From an uncultured Bacilli bacterium (GTDB lineage: Bacteria; Bacillota_I; Bacilli_A; RF39; UBA660): 64,000 bases of DNA. Below are positions 41,846 through 50,500 of the stretch, one piece after another (position 1 is the first letter of the stretch; every line of letters starts with the position of its first letter). Location of the stretch: contig CAKOSN010000006.1 in assembly GCA_934102255.1 (NCBI GenBank), positions 11,574 to 75,573 on the forward strand, read 5' to 3'. The notes beneath the pieces are model-generated. The model saw only the letters and a list, made by a program, of their open reading frames with translations, was not told the DNA's origin and searched no databases. A program made the position numbers and the translations under genes.

Positions 41846-43063
41846 ATGAAACAAAAAATTTTAAAATTATTTCTATTTTCGTTAGTAGTATTAATGCCTT
41901 TATATACTGCTAAAGCTTCTTCTAAACTGCAAAATGATATTGAAGAAGGATTAAAGACATATTTAGGAAGTGATTATAAGGATAGGATTAAAAAAAATAC
42001 TGAATCAACAGAAAGCATATTAAAAATTGAAGAATTGATTAAAGAAAGTTCTAATTCAACATTAAGCATTGATGATAATGGTGTAGAAGAGCAAAATCTT
42101 GATTATCCAAGTTATATTGGAGGCTTTTATGTTGATAATGAAACAGAAAAAGTTGTTATTCAAATAGTTGGAAACAACGCGCCTACTAAATTTAATAATG
42201 AAAGTAATTTGTATGATAAAATATTATCTGTGAATGGAACTGCTGAAATAAAATATGTTAATTATTCGCTTAATGAAATTAATGATGTCATTGATATTTT
42301 ATCAAGCTATTATGAAGAAAATTATGCAGATGGATATATTGATGGTTATTATGATGATATCATTAATAATAGAGTTGTTGTAGAATTAAAAGAATATAGT
42401 GATGATAGCATTAATGAATTTAAAAGAAATGTTATAGATTCTGATATAATATATTTTACAAGTTCGAGTAATACTGTTGAATATTCAACTACAACTTATG
42501 CTCCAGGTCAAATGATATTACCATTGGGATGTTCCATTGGTTTTAGAGCAAAATTAAATAGCGCTATTGGATTTGTTACGGCAGGTCATTGTGTTAGTGG
42601 AGTTGGACAATCAGTTGCAACTTTTGGTACAGTAAAAAAATATCAATATAAGAATAACATTGATGCTTCTTGGATTGATTTAGATGCACAGTATATTATG
42701 GGAAAATATTTAAAGTATATTCCAAGTATAAAGTATGGGTTAGAAATTAATAATACCCCAGTTACCAATATTGTTGTTGGTGGTTTGTATGGTAAATCTG
42801 GAGCATCTTCTGAATATACATATGGAAAAATAACGAGCCTTAATGCATCTGGGGCGAATGGAATAACAGGAATTATAAAGTCTTCAATTTATGCTAAAGG
42901 TGGTGATAGTGGCGGTATTGTATTTAAAATAACTGGAACTGGATCAGCACCAACAAGTTATCAGACTGCAGGAATTGTTCATGGCGGTGATGTGGGTGGC
43001 GGAAATATGAGATTTATAAAAGCTAGTAATGTTGTTTCAAAATTTGGATTAACAACATATTAA
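41846..43063 (+). CDS. Secreted S1-family (chymotrypsin/streptogrisin-like) serine protease with a pro-region
   Basis: 405-aa ORF with a signal peptide (MKQKILKLFLFSLVVLMPLYTAKA). Catalytic triad contexts are TAGHCVSG, NIDASWIDL and KGGDSGGIVF. Confidence 0.8.
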   Translation: MKQKILKLFLFSLVVLMPLYTAKASSKLQNDIEEGLKTYLGSDYKDRIKKNTESTESILKIEELIKESSNSTLSIDDNGVEEQNLDYPSYIGGFYVDNETEKVVIQIVGNNAPTKFNNESNLYDKILSVNGTAEIKYVNYSLNEINDVIDILSSYYEENYADGYIDGYYDDIINNRVVVELKEYSDDSINEFKRNVIDSDIIYFTSSSNTVEYSTTTYAPGQMILPLGCSIGFRAKLNSAIGFVTAGHCVSGVGQSVATFGTVKKYQYKNNIDASWIDLDAQYIMGKYLKYIPSIKYGLEINNTPVTNIVVGGLYGKSGASSEYTYGKITSLNASGANGITGIIKSSIYAKGGDSGGIVFKITGTGSAPTSYQTAGIVHGGDVGGGNMRFIKASNVVSKFGLTTY

Positions 43064-43201
43064 AATTTTTAAAATAGTTTAATACAAATTTGTTATTCTG
43101 ATGTAATGGCACTTAATTATAGTGCCACTTTTGTTATTCATATTTACTTTTTTTGACTTATTTGTAAATATGTAGTATATAAAATATAGAAAGGATTTTT
43201 T

Positions 43202-43633
43202 ATGAAAAGAAAAGTATTAATTATATCTATTATATGTGTTTTATTAGTAATTACATTTATAGTTATTTGTAGTAGTTTTAATAAAGATAGTATTGATAAG
43301 ACTAAGAGTATTATAGTTACTAATTTAAAAAGCGATAATATAAGTAAAAAGGAAATAACTGATAAAGATAAAATTAAAGAAGTAATAAGTATTATTAAAG
43401 AAAGAAAAGAATTAGAAAAAGATACTACCATAGAATATGGTATACCTGATTATAAATTAGAGTTTTTTAATGGAAAAGGTAATACGATTAAAGAAGTTAA
43501 GTTATATTATTATAATGATGGTACTGCTTATATAACTTTTGATGATAATGAATACTTTAGTATAAATGGAATCAAGTTACTAAATATTGTAGGTTATTCT
43601 ATAATTGAAAACATTAAAAGCAATAGTAAATGA
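43202..43633 (+). CDS. Hypothetical N-terminally anchored small protein
   Basis: 143-aa ORF with a TM/signal segment (VLIISIICVLLVITFIVICS) and an upstream SD (AAAGGA). Confidence 0.55.
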   Translation: MKRKVLIISIICVLLVITFIVICSSFNKDSIDKTKSIIVTNLKSDNISKKEITDKDKIKEVISIIKERKELEKDTTIEYGIPDYKLEFFNGKGNTIKEVKLYYYNDGTAYITFDDNEYFSINGIKLLNIVGYSIIENIKSNSK

Positions 43634-43650
43634 TACAGAAGTATTAGAGC

Positions 43651-45033
43651 CTGTAAATAAATTTGTGTAAATAAGAAATCTTTCCATGATAAAATAAAAG
43701 AAATGGAAAGATTTTATTATGAAAGAAAATAACAATGGAAAAGAAATATTAAAATTATTACAAGAAAATTATGAAATAAATACTGCTAAAGATTTATCAA
43801 GTGCATTAAAAGATATGTTTAAAGGTGCATTATAAGAAATGATGAATGCTGAATTTGACTCATCAATGGGATATTCTAAGTATGATAAAAAGACAGAAAA
43901 AACAAATTATAGAAATAGTTCAACAAAAAAGAATTTAAAGAGTGAATTTGGTTCTTTTGAATTTGAAACACCTAGAGATAGAAATGGTGAATTTGAACCT
44001 AAAAATAGTTTCTAAAAATGCAAGAGATGTATCAGGAATAGAAGATAAAATTATATATTTATATGCCAAAGGATTAACAACCAGAGATATAAATGAGCAA
44101 ATTCGGGAATTATATGGTATAGAAGTATCTGCCACAATGGTAAGCAATATAACTGATCAAATAATACCTGAAATAAAAGAATGACAAGAAAGACCATTAG
44201 ATGATGTATATCCATTTGTATTTATAGATGCAGTACACGTAAGAGAAGATAATCATATAGTTAAAAAAGCAGCTTATGTTGTTTTAGAAATCAATTCAGA
44301 GGGGTTTAAAGAAGTTTTAGGAATATGGATAGGCGAAAATGAATCAGCTAAATATTGGCTCGGTGTATTAAACGAATTAAAACAACGAGGTGTTAAAGAT
44401 ATACTTATAATATGTAGTGATAATTTAACAAGAATTAAAGAAGCTATAAATGCAGCATTTCCAAATACAGTACAGCAAAGATGTATTGTTCATATGATAA
44501 GAAATTCAGTAAAATTTGTTAATTATAAAGATTTAAAAGAATTTACAAATGATTTAAAGAAAATTTATACCTCAGTAGATGAAGAAAAGGGATATGAGCA
44601 ATTACAAGAAATAAAAAATAAATGGGATGATAAATATGCTTCAGCATTTAAAATATGAGAATCAAACTGGGATGCAATTTGTCCTTTCTTCCAATTTTCT
44701 GATTCAATTAGAAAAATCATGTATACAACAAATACAATTGAATCGTTAAATAGACAATTTAGAAAATTTACTAAAACTAAATCCGTTTTCCCAACTGATA
44801 TGTCATTACTAAAATGCCTATATCTAGCTACTAAGAATATAGCAAAAAAATGGGATCAAGCATATAGAAATTGGGGACCTATATTATCTGAATTATCTAT
44901 TATGTTTGATGGAAGAATTTAGTTCTTTGAAAATTAAATATTATGTGATATTATTCAAATAGAAAAAAAGGAAACTATATAAAGTTCCTAACTATCATGG
45001 TTAGATGTCATTTACACAGAATTCCTTACACAC
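43651..45033 (+). mobile_element. IS256-family element, decayed
   Basis: Imperfect terminal inverted repeats: CTGTAAATAAATTTGTGTAAATAAGAAATC (left) against the reverse complement of the right end, GTGTAAGGAATTCTGTGTAAATGACATC. They enclose the disrupted transposase. Confidence 0.65.
43719..44922 (+). pseudogene. IS256-family transposase pseudogene
   Basis: Hallmarks: NAEFDSSMGYSKYD, FETPRDRNGEFEPK, GIEDKIIYLYAKGLTTRDI, DDE contexts FIDAVH / ICSDNL / YTTNTIESLNRQFRK. Disrupted by TAA at 43833, a frameshift at the A5 run 44001..44005, and in-frame TGA at 44182 and 44656. Confidence 0.85.
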
Positions 45034-45037
45034 TCAA

Positions 45038-45080
45038 GAAAAAAAACTGTTAGAAACTAATTATTTAATTTCGTAACAGT
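45038..45080 (-). terminator. Terminator of T7SS-like module 1
   Basis: Minus-strand ACTGTTA-N21-TAACAGT followed by a T8 run, directly after the stop at 45082. Confidence 0.55.
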
Positions 45081-45081
45081 C

Positions 45082-45387
45082 CTAACTTATCAAACGGTCT
45101 CTTTCCTTTATTTTATAAACATCTATTTTACTTATATTATCCATAAGTTCACTATTTAAGGCATTATAACTATGTTCAATATCTTGAATCATCAGTTCTA
45201 ATTTATCAACTATCTTTAAATATACACTCATTTTATTTTCTAAACCTTGTAAATATTTTAAGTATACAAAATCTAGGGGAATATCATATTTAGTACTGTT
45301 TTTAGCTTTATACAAGTTATCTCTTAAATCTTTAATATCAGTTTTAGTTACACTAATTAACCCATTACTAGGATATATAAGTTTCAT
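45082..45387 (-). CDS. T7SS-module small protein (module 1, gene 8), conserved C-terminal KERDR motif
   Basis: 101-aa ORF, paralogue of 52300..52605. It shares M(K/R)L(I/V)YP...LY(K/N)AK...YD(I/V)P and the C-terminal Y(K/D)IKERDR(L/M)I. Confidence 0.6.
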   Translation of the reverse strand: MKLIYPSNGLISVTKTDIKDLRDNLYKAKNSTKYDIPLDFVYLKYLQGLENKMSVYLKIVDKLELMIQDIEHSYNALNSELMDNISKIDVYKIKERDRLIS

Positions 45388-45677
45388 GATAACTCCTTAT
45401 TTTTACCTGTAACTTCAATTACTCTATTCATATCATTTACAATTTCATTGTTAATATCTTTTAATGATTTAACAAATCTTAAATACTTATCGCGGTCTTG
45501 AGCAACCACATTAAAATATTTAACCGAAGCTGCTCCTACCCACTCTTTAGTATCAGTTGGTACATTTTCTAATCTATCAAACATCTTATTTATTTCATAT
45601 TCTAATTCATCAATAGATTTTTTTATACCATCTGTTATTTCTAAAGCATTATTAGTATCAACATATTTTATCGCCAT
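45384..45677 (-). CDS. WXG100-like small protein (module 1, gene 7)
   Basis: 97-aa ORF starting MAIKYVDT..., with a central W-x-G (TKEWVGAAS) and predicted helix-turn-helix size. Confidence 0.65.
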   Translation of the reverse strand: MAIKYVDTNNALEITDGIKKSIDELEYEINKMFDRLENVPTDTKEWVGAASVKYFNVVAQDRDKYLRFVKSLKDINNEIVNDMNRVIEVTGKNKELS

Positions 45678-45686
45678 AATTCACCA

Positions 45687-45971
45687 CTAATTTACCGTTT
45701 GTTTTCCTTGTAAAGAATCTATAACTTCATCGATTGCCGGTATAACAACAGTTCTTAAATAATTAATAGTAGAACTTATACTAGATTGTAAATCCTTACT
45801 TTTCTCCATTGTTAGACTAGGCATATCATTAACCATATAATTATTATTTAAATCTTTAACTAAATTACTACTTGCTTCATTTACTTTAACTAAATGGTCT
45901 AAAGTTTTATTAACTGACTCTTTTAAAATTTTATATTGCTCTAACTTTGCTACAATGTCATTAGATGTCAT
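45687..45971 (-). CDS. T7SS-module small helical protein (module 1, gene 6)
   Basis: 94-aa ORF, positional counterpart of 52903..53262. Shared pieces are YK(I/T)LK(E/Q)S(V/L)N and ...(V/I)IPAID(E/A). Confidence 0.55.
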   Translation of the reverse strand: MTSNDIVAKLEQYKILKESVNKTLDHLVKVNEASSNLVKDLNNNYMVNDMPSLTMEKSKDLQSSISSTINYLRTVVIPAIDEVIDSLQGKQTVN

Positions 45972-45979
45972 AATAAATA

Positions 45980-46504
45980 TTAATCTAAGTTCTTACCAGT
46001 GGCTTTAGATCTTAAGGTATCAGCATCACTTATAGTTGTAGTTGCAACTGTTTTAGCTGATTCTTGGAATTGGGCATAAGCACTATCAAGACCTGCTGCA
46101 ACTTGATCTAGGCCAGTTAAATATGTAGTCATTAAATCTTTAACAGATTTTACATATTGACGAGCAGCCTCATTAGTTTCCCCTTTTAAGAATGTATCAA
46201 TTTCTTTACCGTCATCGAAACTGTTTACAGAAGCTTGCATTTCTTGAACATATTTTTTGATGTCAGATTTTACATCTTCAATAGCCGATTCGCTCATACC
46301 AGCGAAGCCACCATCGTAAATCTTACTTGGAGTTGTAGCGCCAGTTATACTATTTTTAATTGATGATGTAGCATCTTTAACAGTGTTTACACCTTCTTTA
46401 ACAACATCAGCGCCTGATTTCCAAATACCAGAAAGAGCATTCCACGCCATTCCAACAGGAGAAGAATTCCACATAAATTTTCCAACACTACCTAATAGAC
46501 CCAT
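45980..46504 (-). CDS. T7SS-module protein with a Gly/Ser/Trp-rich N-terminus and helical C-domain (module 1, gene 5)
   Basis: Start taken at the ATG at 46504 (MGLLGSVGKFMW...), 1 nt after the preceding stop. It shares GGF(A/T)GMS and (F/A)LKG(E/D)...A...(Y/F) with 53273..53761. Confidence 0.6.
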   Translation of the reverse strand: MGLLGSVGKFMWNSSPVGMAWNALSGIWKSGADVVKEGVNTVKDATSSIKNSITGATTPSKIYDGGFAGMSESAIEDVKSDIKKYVQEMQASVNSFDDGKEIDTFLKGETNEAARQYVKSVKDLMTTYLTGLDQVAAGLDSAYAQFQESAKTVATTTISDADTLRSKATGKNLD

Positions 46505-46505
46505 A

Positions 46506-46826
46506 CTAGTTACCTGCCTTTCCAAATAAACTATCTTCAGCCTCAGCCATTTTATTAACAATTTTAGCCATTTCTTGTTCTAAAGTTTCATAGTAAACAT
46601 CCAAAGTAGCTGACATTTTGTTTGCTAACTCAACCATATTTTCCTTAAATCTGTCTGCAGAAGCCCCTCTCCAAGCACTATCTACACCACTTTGTAATTC
46701 ACTCATGTACTTAGACATAGAATTTTTTGTTTGTTCTATTAAATTAGCCTTAATATTAGCCATTGCAGTTTTCATTGCTTCAGGATCATAACCAATTGTA
46801 GAACTATTAATATCATTTAAAGCCAT
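46506..46826 (-). CDS. esxA: WXG100 (EsxA-like) protein, module 1
   Basis: 106-aa ORF with a central motif (VDSAWRGASADRFKE), of helical-hairpin size. Confidence 0.75.
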   Translation of the reverse strand: MALNDINSSTIGYDPEAMKTAMANIKANLIEQTKNSMSKYMSELQSGVDSAWRGASADRFKENMVELANKMSATLDVYYETLEQEMAKIVNKMAEAEDSLFGKAGN

Positions 46827-46840
46827 AACATATCCTCCTC

Positions 46841-47194
46841 TTAATCTATCATGTTTTTGCTTTTCTCTTTAATAGATGCAGCTAAATCATTAATAAGGGT
46901 AGTAAGATAATTTGTATCTTCTTTAACCTTTTTCGTTAACATAATTAAATCATCAGAATATGAAACAATATTACTTTTTATTCTTTCATAATTACTGCTT
47001 AAACTAGTCATTTTAACATTCAAAGCATCAAAAGTATCACCTTTATAGTAATCCTCTAAACTTATAAACTTACTATAAATATCATTAAACAGCTCTGATA
47101 TTCTATCAGCATAATCTAAAATATCCATACTAAGTTCGCCTAGAGCATCAACATTTACTTCATACCCCATAAAACGATTAACCCTTTCTATCAA
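46841..47194 (-). CDS. T7SS-module small helical protein (module 1, gene 3), WXG100-superfamily-like
   Basis: 117-aa ORF (TTG start in the track, ATG 8 codons later). It has YYKGDTFDAL where WXG proteins carry W-x-G. Paralogue of 54084..54443 (LDY(A/S)DRI(S/M)ELF). Confidence 0.55.
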   Translation of the reverse strand: MIERVNRFMGYEVNVDALGELSMDILDYADRISELFNDIYSKFISLEDYYKGDTFDALNVKMTSLSSNYERIKSNIVSYSDDLIMLTKKVKEDTNYLTTLINDLAASIKEKSKNMID

Positions 47195-47222
47195 GCCTCA
47201 CGTACTCTCTACGTTCATCTTC

Positions 47223-47250
47223 ATTTTAACATAAATAAAAGACTTGTAAA
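47223..47250 (-). promoter_or_regulatory. Internal promoter ahead of the module-1 small-protein genes
   Basis: TTTACA-N16-TAAAAT with TGt (extended -10) on the minus strand, followed by the small palindrome ACGTA-N5-TACGT. Confidence 0.5.
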
Positions 47251-47310
47251 CACTTTTTTAATTTTTTTTATTTAATTAGTGTCAACAAGCCCTAAATTTT
47301 ACATTAATTT

Positions 47311-47562
47311 TTAAAATAATACTAACTCTGTACCATTTCTAATATCACTTTTACGTACTAATAAATCTTTAGAATAAATTAATCCAGTCTGTCTATTAGC
47401 AAGAAATACATTATCTTTTTTAGGATAAACTTTAGAAAGTTCACTTACAACATTACACAGTAATATTCCTATTTCCCCAATATATTTATTAACAGGAATA
47501 TACATTTCATAAGTTTGATCTATTTCAGGTACAAATAACTTTATTAAAACTTTATATTCCAT
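47311..47562 (-). CDS. esaB: YukD/EsaB-like ubiquitin-fold protein, module 1
   Basis: 83-aa ORF whose start overlaps the essC stop by 1 nt. The pattern YEMYIPVNKYIGEI...LLVRKSDIRNGTELVLF fits the YukD beta-grasp family. Confidence 0.65.
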   Translation of the reverse strand: MEYKVLIKLFVPEIDQTYEMYIPVNKYIGEIGILLCNVVSELSKVYPKKDNVFLANRQTGLIYSKDLLVRKSDIRNGTELVLF

Positions 47563-50500
47563 TATTCATCACCATCCATCATTACTTTAATAACTTTATA
47601 AGAATCACTATCTACTTCATATCCTAAACCAGCAAAGCTAAGTTTCTTATCATCATTAGTTAAACTACTAGTCTTAAATAGACTCTGAGTTCCAAAACCA
47701 TCACCTAACCACAAGCCATTTTTATCAAGTTCATTATACCAACGTTCTAATTTTAAACTTCTAATCTTATCATAATCATCAATCATAATATAAATAGTCT
47801 TTTTAGCATCTTTAACATGACTAAATAAGTTATCATAAATCTCCGCGCCAGCCTTAGTTAAACGTTTTTTATACTGACCCATACCTATAACAATATTAAC
47901 AGCATAATCTTGGGAATCACTTCTATTTAGGCAATCATGTTCTAAAGAAGCCGTTAAAACATCAAAATCATCATTAAATAATTTAATATCTAACTCCGGT
48001 AACTTAAAGATATTTAAAATATCAATAACTCTAACCTTTACATTAGGTACTTTAGCTAAAATATTAGTAAGAGCATAAATAAATGATATATAATCTCTAA
48101 TATTACGTCCTGTAAATAAATGAATTTTACTCTTAAGTAAGTCATATTTAGTAACATTTTTACCAACTAAATCATAACCAAATGGTACTTTACTTAAATC
48201 AGTTATATATTTAACTAAATCATCACTAGTAACATTTTCTGGTACTTTTATTAATTGTTTTACTTTATATAAATAGTAATCACATAATTGTTCCGCAAAT
48301 TGTTTTATAGTTTCTGTTTCTTTTTCAATCGGAACAATATAAGCAGTTTGGAATTCATTATAAGAATTAACATCAGCATCATTAATTTTAACAATACCAC
48401 GACCTAAAACATTCTTTGGTATTAAACCACGACGACAATTTGTAATATTACGATACAATGAGTCATCTTTCATTTGCATAACAATAGTATGGTTAAAGTA
48501 CTGTAATTGTCTTTGTCTTAAAGCCGTCTGAGAAGTAACACTGACAACAAAAACAATACCATATTTAGCAGCATCTCTAAATAAATTTGTAAAGATATCT
48601 GTTAATTTTGAATAATTTTCACATAAAACATCAAAAGCATTAATTGTAAAGCAAATTAGTGGTAATTTTTGTTCATTCATTTGATTATAATATGTAAATG
48701 AACCATTATAATCTGCCATCATATTTTTACGATTTTCAAATTCTTCAGCAATCAAACTAATAATATTAATAACAGAATCAGGGTCATCTTGTAATATAAC
48801 TTCTCCAACTTGTGGGAATTTTAAGAAACGACGCAACGATTCACTACCAAAATCAATTATATAATGGGCAATTTCATAAGGAGTGTGTTCGATTATAGAC
48901 GACCAAAGTAGTGTTGATATAAATCTTTCGCCACTAGCTAAATTATTACTAATTATAGCTACATTACCATTAGCTAAATCGATTTCTAGTAAGCCTTGTC
49001 TTTGATTTGCTGGATCATCAAATTCACCAACGGCTATTTTATAAGTATAAGGCAAAGCTTTAGTACGATTATATTTTTTACACAAATCACTAATCATAAT
49101 AGTAGCAGGCATAACTGGTAACCATAATGGATGAATGCTAAAGGTTTTTTCATCATTTAAGTTAGAAATATATTTGACTACATTTAATAGCTCTTCACCT
49201 TGAGCTACTTGATTTTCTTCCTTTTTAATACTATTAAATGAACGAATAGTACGACCAACATTATCAATATAGACAATAGAGTCATCAATTTTTACTTTTA
49301 AAACATCGGAAGGATAATACTTCGCACCACACCATGCTGACTGCCCTAAATTGTAATAATCATTATTACCAACTTGTAAATAGAAAGAACCGGTTTGTTT
49401 TAAGAAAGCAGCATCTGGACGTTTTAAAACTTCCATGGAATCACTCTTATCCTGTACCTTCAAACATACTTTAAACTTCGAGTTAGACCAGATTTGATCA
49501 TTAACAACACCACTTGGTTTCTGAGTTGCCAAAATCAAATGGATACCCAAAGAACGACCTATACGTGATGTCGAAATTAATTGTTCCATAAACTCAGATT
49601 GTTGTTGCTTTAATTCGGCAAACTCATCACAAATAATTAATAAATGACTTAATGGTTCGCTAACTAAACCAGCACGATATAACTCTTGATATTTATAAAT
49701 ATTCATTGAACTTTCTTTTAATTTTTCTCTGGTATCATTAAATATAGCTTGACGACGGCGTAGCTCTGAATCAATCGCTGCAATCGAACGATAAATTTCT
49801 GATTTATCAAGGTTGGTAATTGTTCCAACTAAGTGTGGAAGTTTAATACCTAATTCTTGGTTTAAGAAACTCATGGCCAAGCCACCGCCCTTATAATCGA
49901 TAAGGACAAATTGAACTTCTTCAGGGCTGAAATTAACAGCAAGCGACAAAATATAAGTAATAATCCACTCTGATTTACCAGAACCAGTAGTACCAGCAAC
50001 TAAACCATGAGGTCCATAAGCTTTTTCATGAATATCCATCTTAAAGACTTCCCCATTTTGGTCGATACCAATAGGAACCGATAACGATAAAACAGGGTTA
50101 TTATTAGTCCATCTTTCTAAACTGTTTAGCTGTTCAACGCGACTTAAATTATATAATTCTAAGAAAGTCAAAGACGTTGGTAACTCATATTTTTCTTTTT
50201 CAACTTGAACTGGAATATTAGCAAGCTTTTGAACTTGAGCATAAATATTTATCTCATCTTTATTATTAAAATCAGCTTTAAATATTCTTTGGTCTTTATT
50301 TATCTGACTAGTCATAATAGCTGATTCGGTTTCATTAACTACAATAAAATCAGAAATTTCACTTGGAAGTGAAGTAATACTATCTGATGTCATAATTATA
50401 GAAAAACCAACATTTTGTTTATATCTTAAAATCTTACTTACCAAAGAAACATTTCTTGAAGTCACAATATCATCTATAAAAAATAAATAATATGGACGAT

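Noticed and set aside
43719-44922. Idea that the whole window uses genetic code 4 (TGA as Trp), prompted by TGA at Trp positions in the IS256 transposase.
   Set aside because: Host genes such as parE (stop at 8708) and the ylbD-like gene (stop at 5714) end in TGA. All long host ORFs are intact under the standard code with TGG for Trp. The anomaly is confined to the IS remnant.
46505-46561. N-terminal extension of tracked ORF 45980..46561 (and likewise 52896..52934 of ORF 52602..52934).
   Set aside because: The extensions overlap the upstream gene in another frame. The paralogue alignments start at the internal Met (MGLLGS... and MAIKYVDT...).
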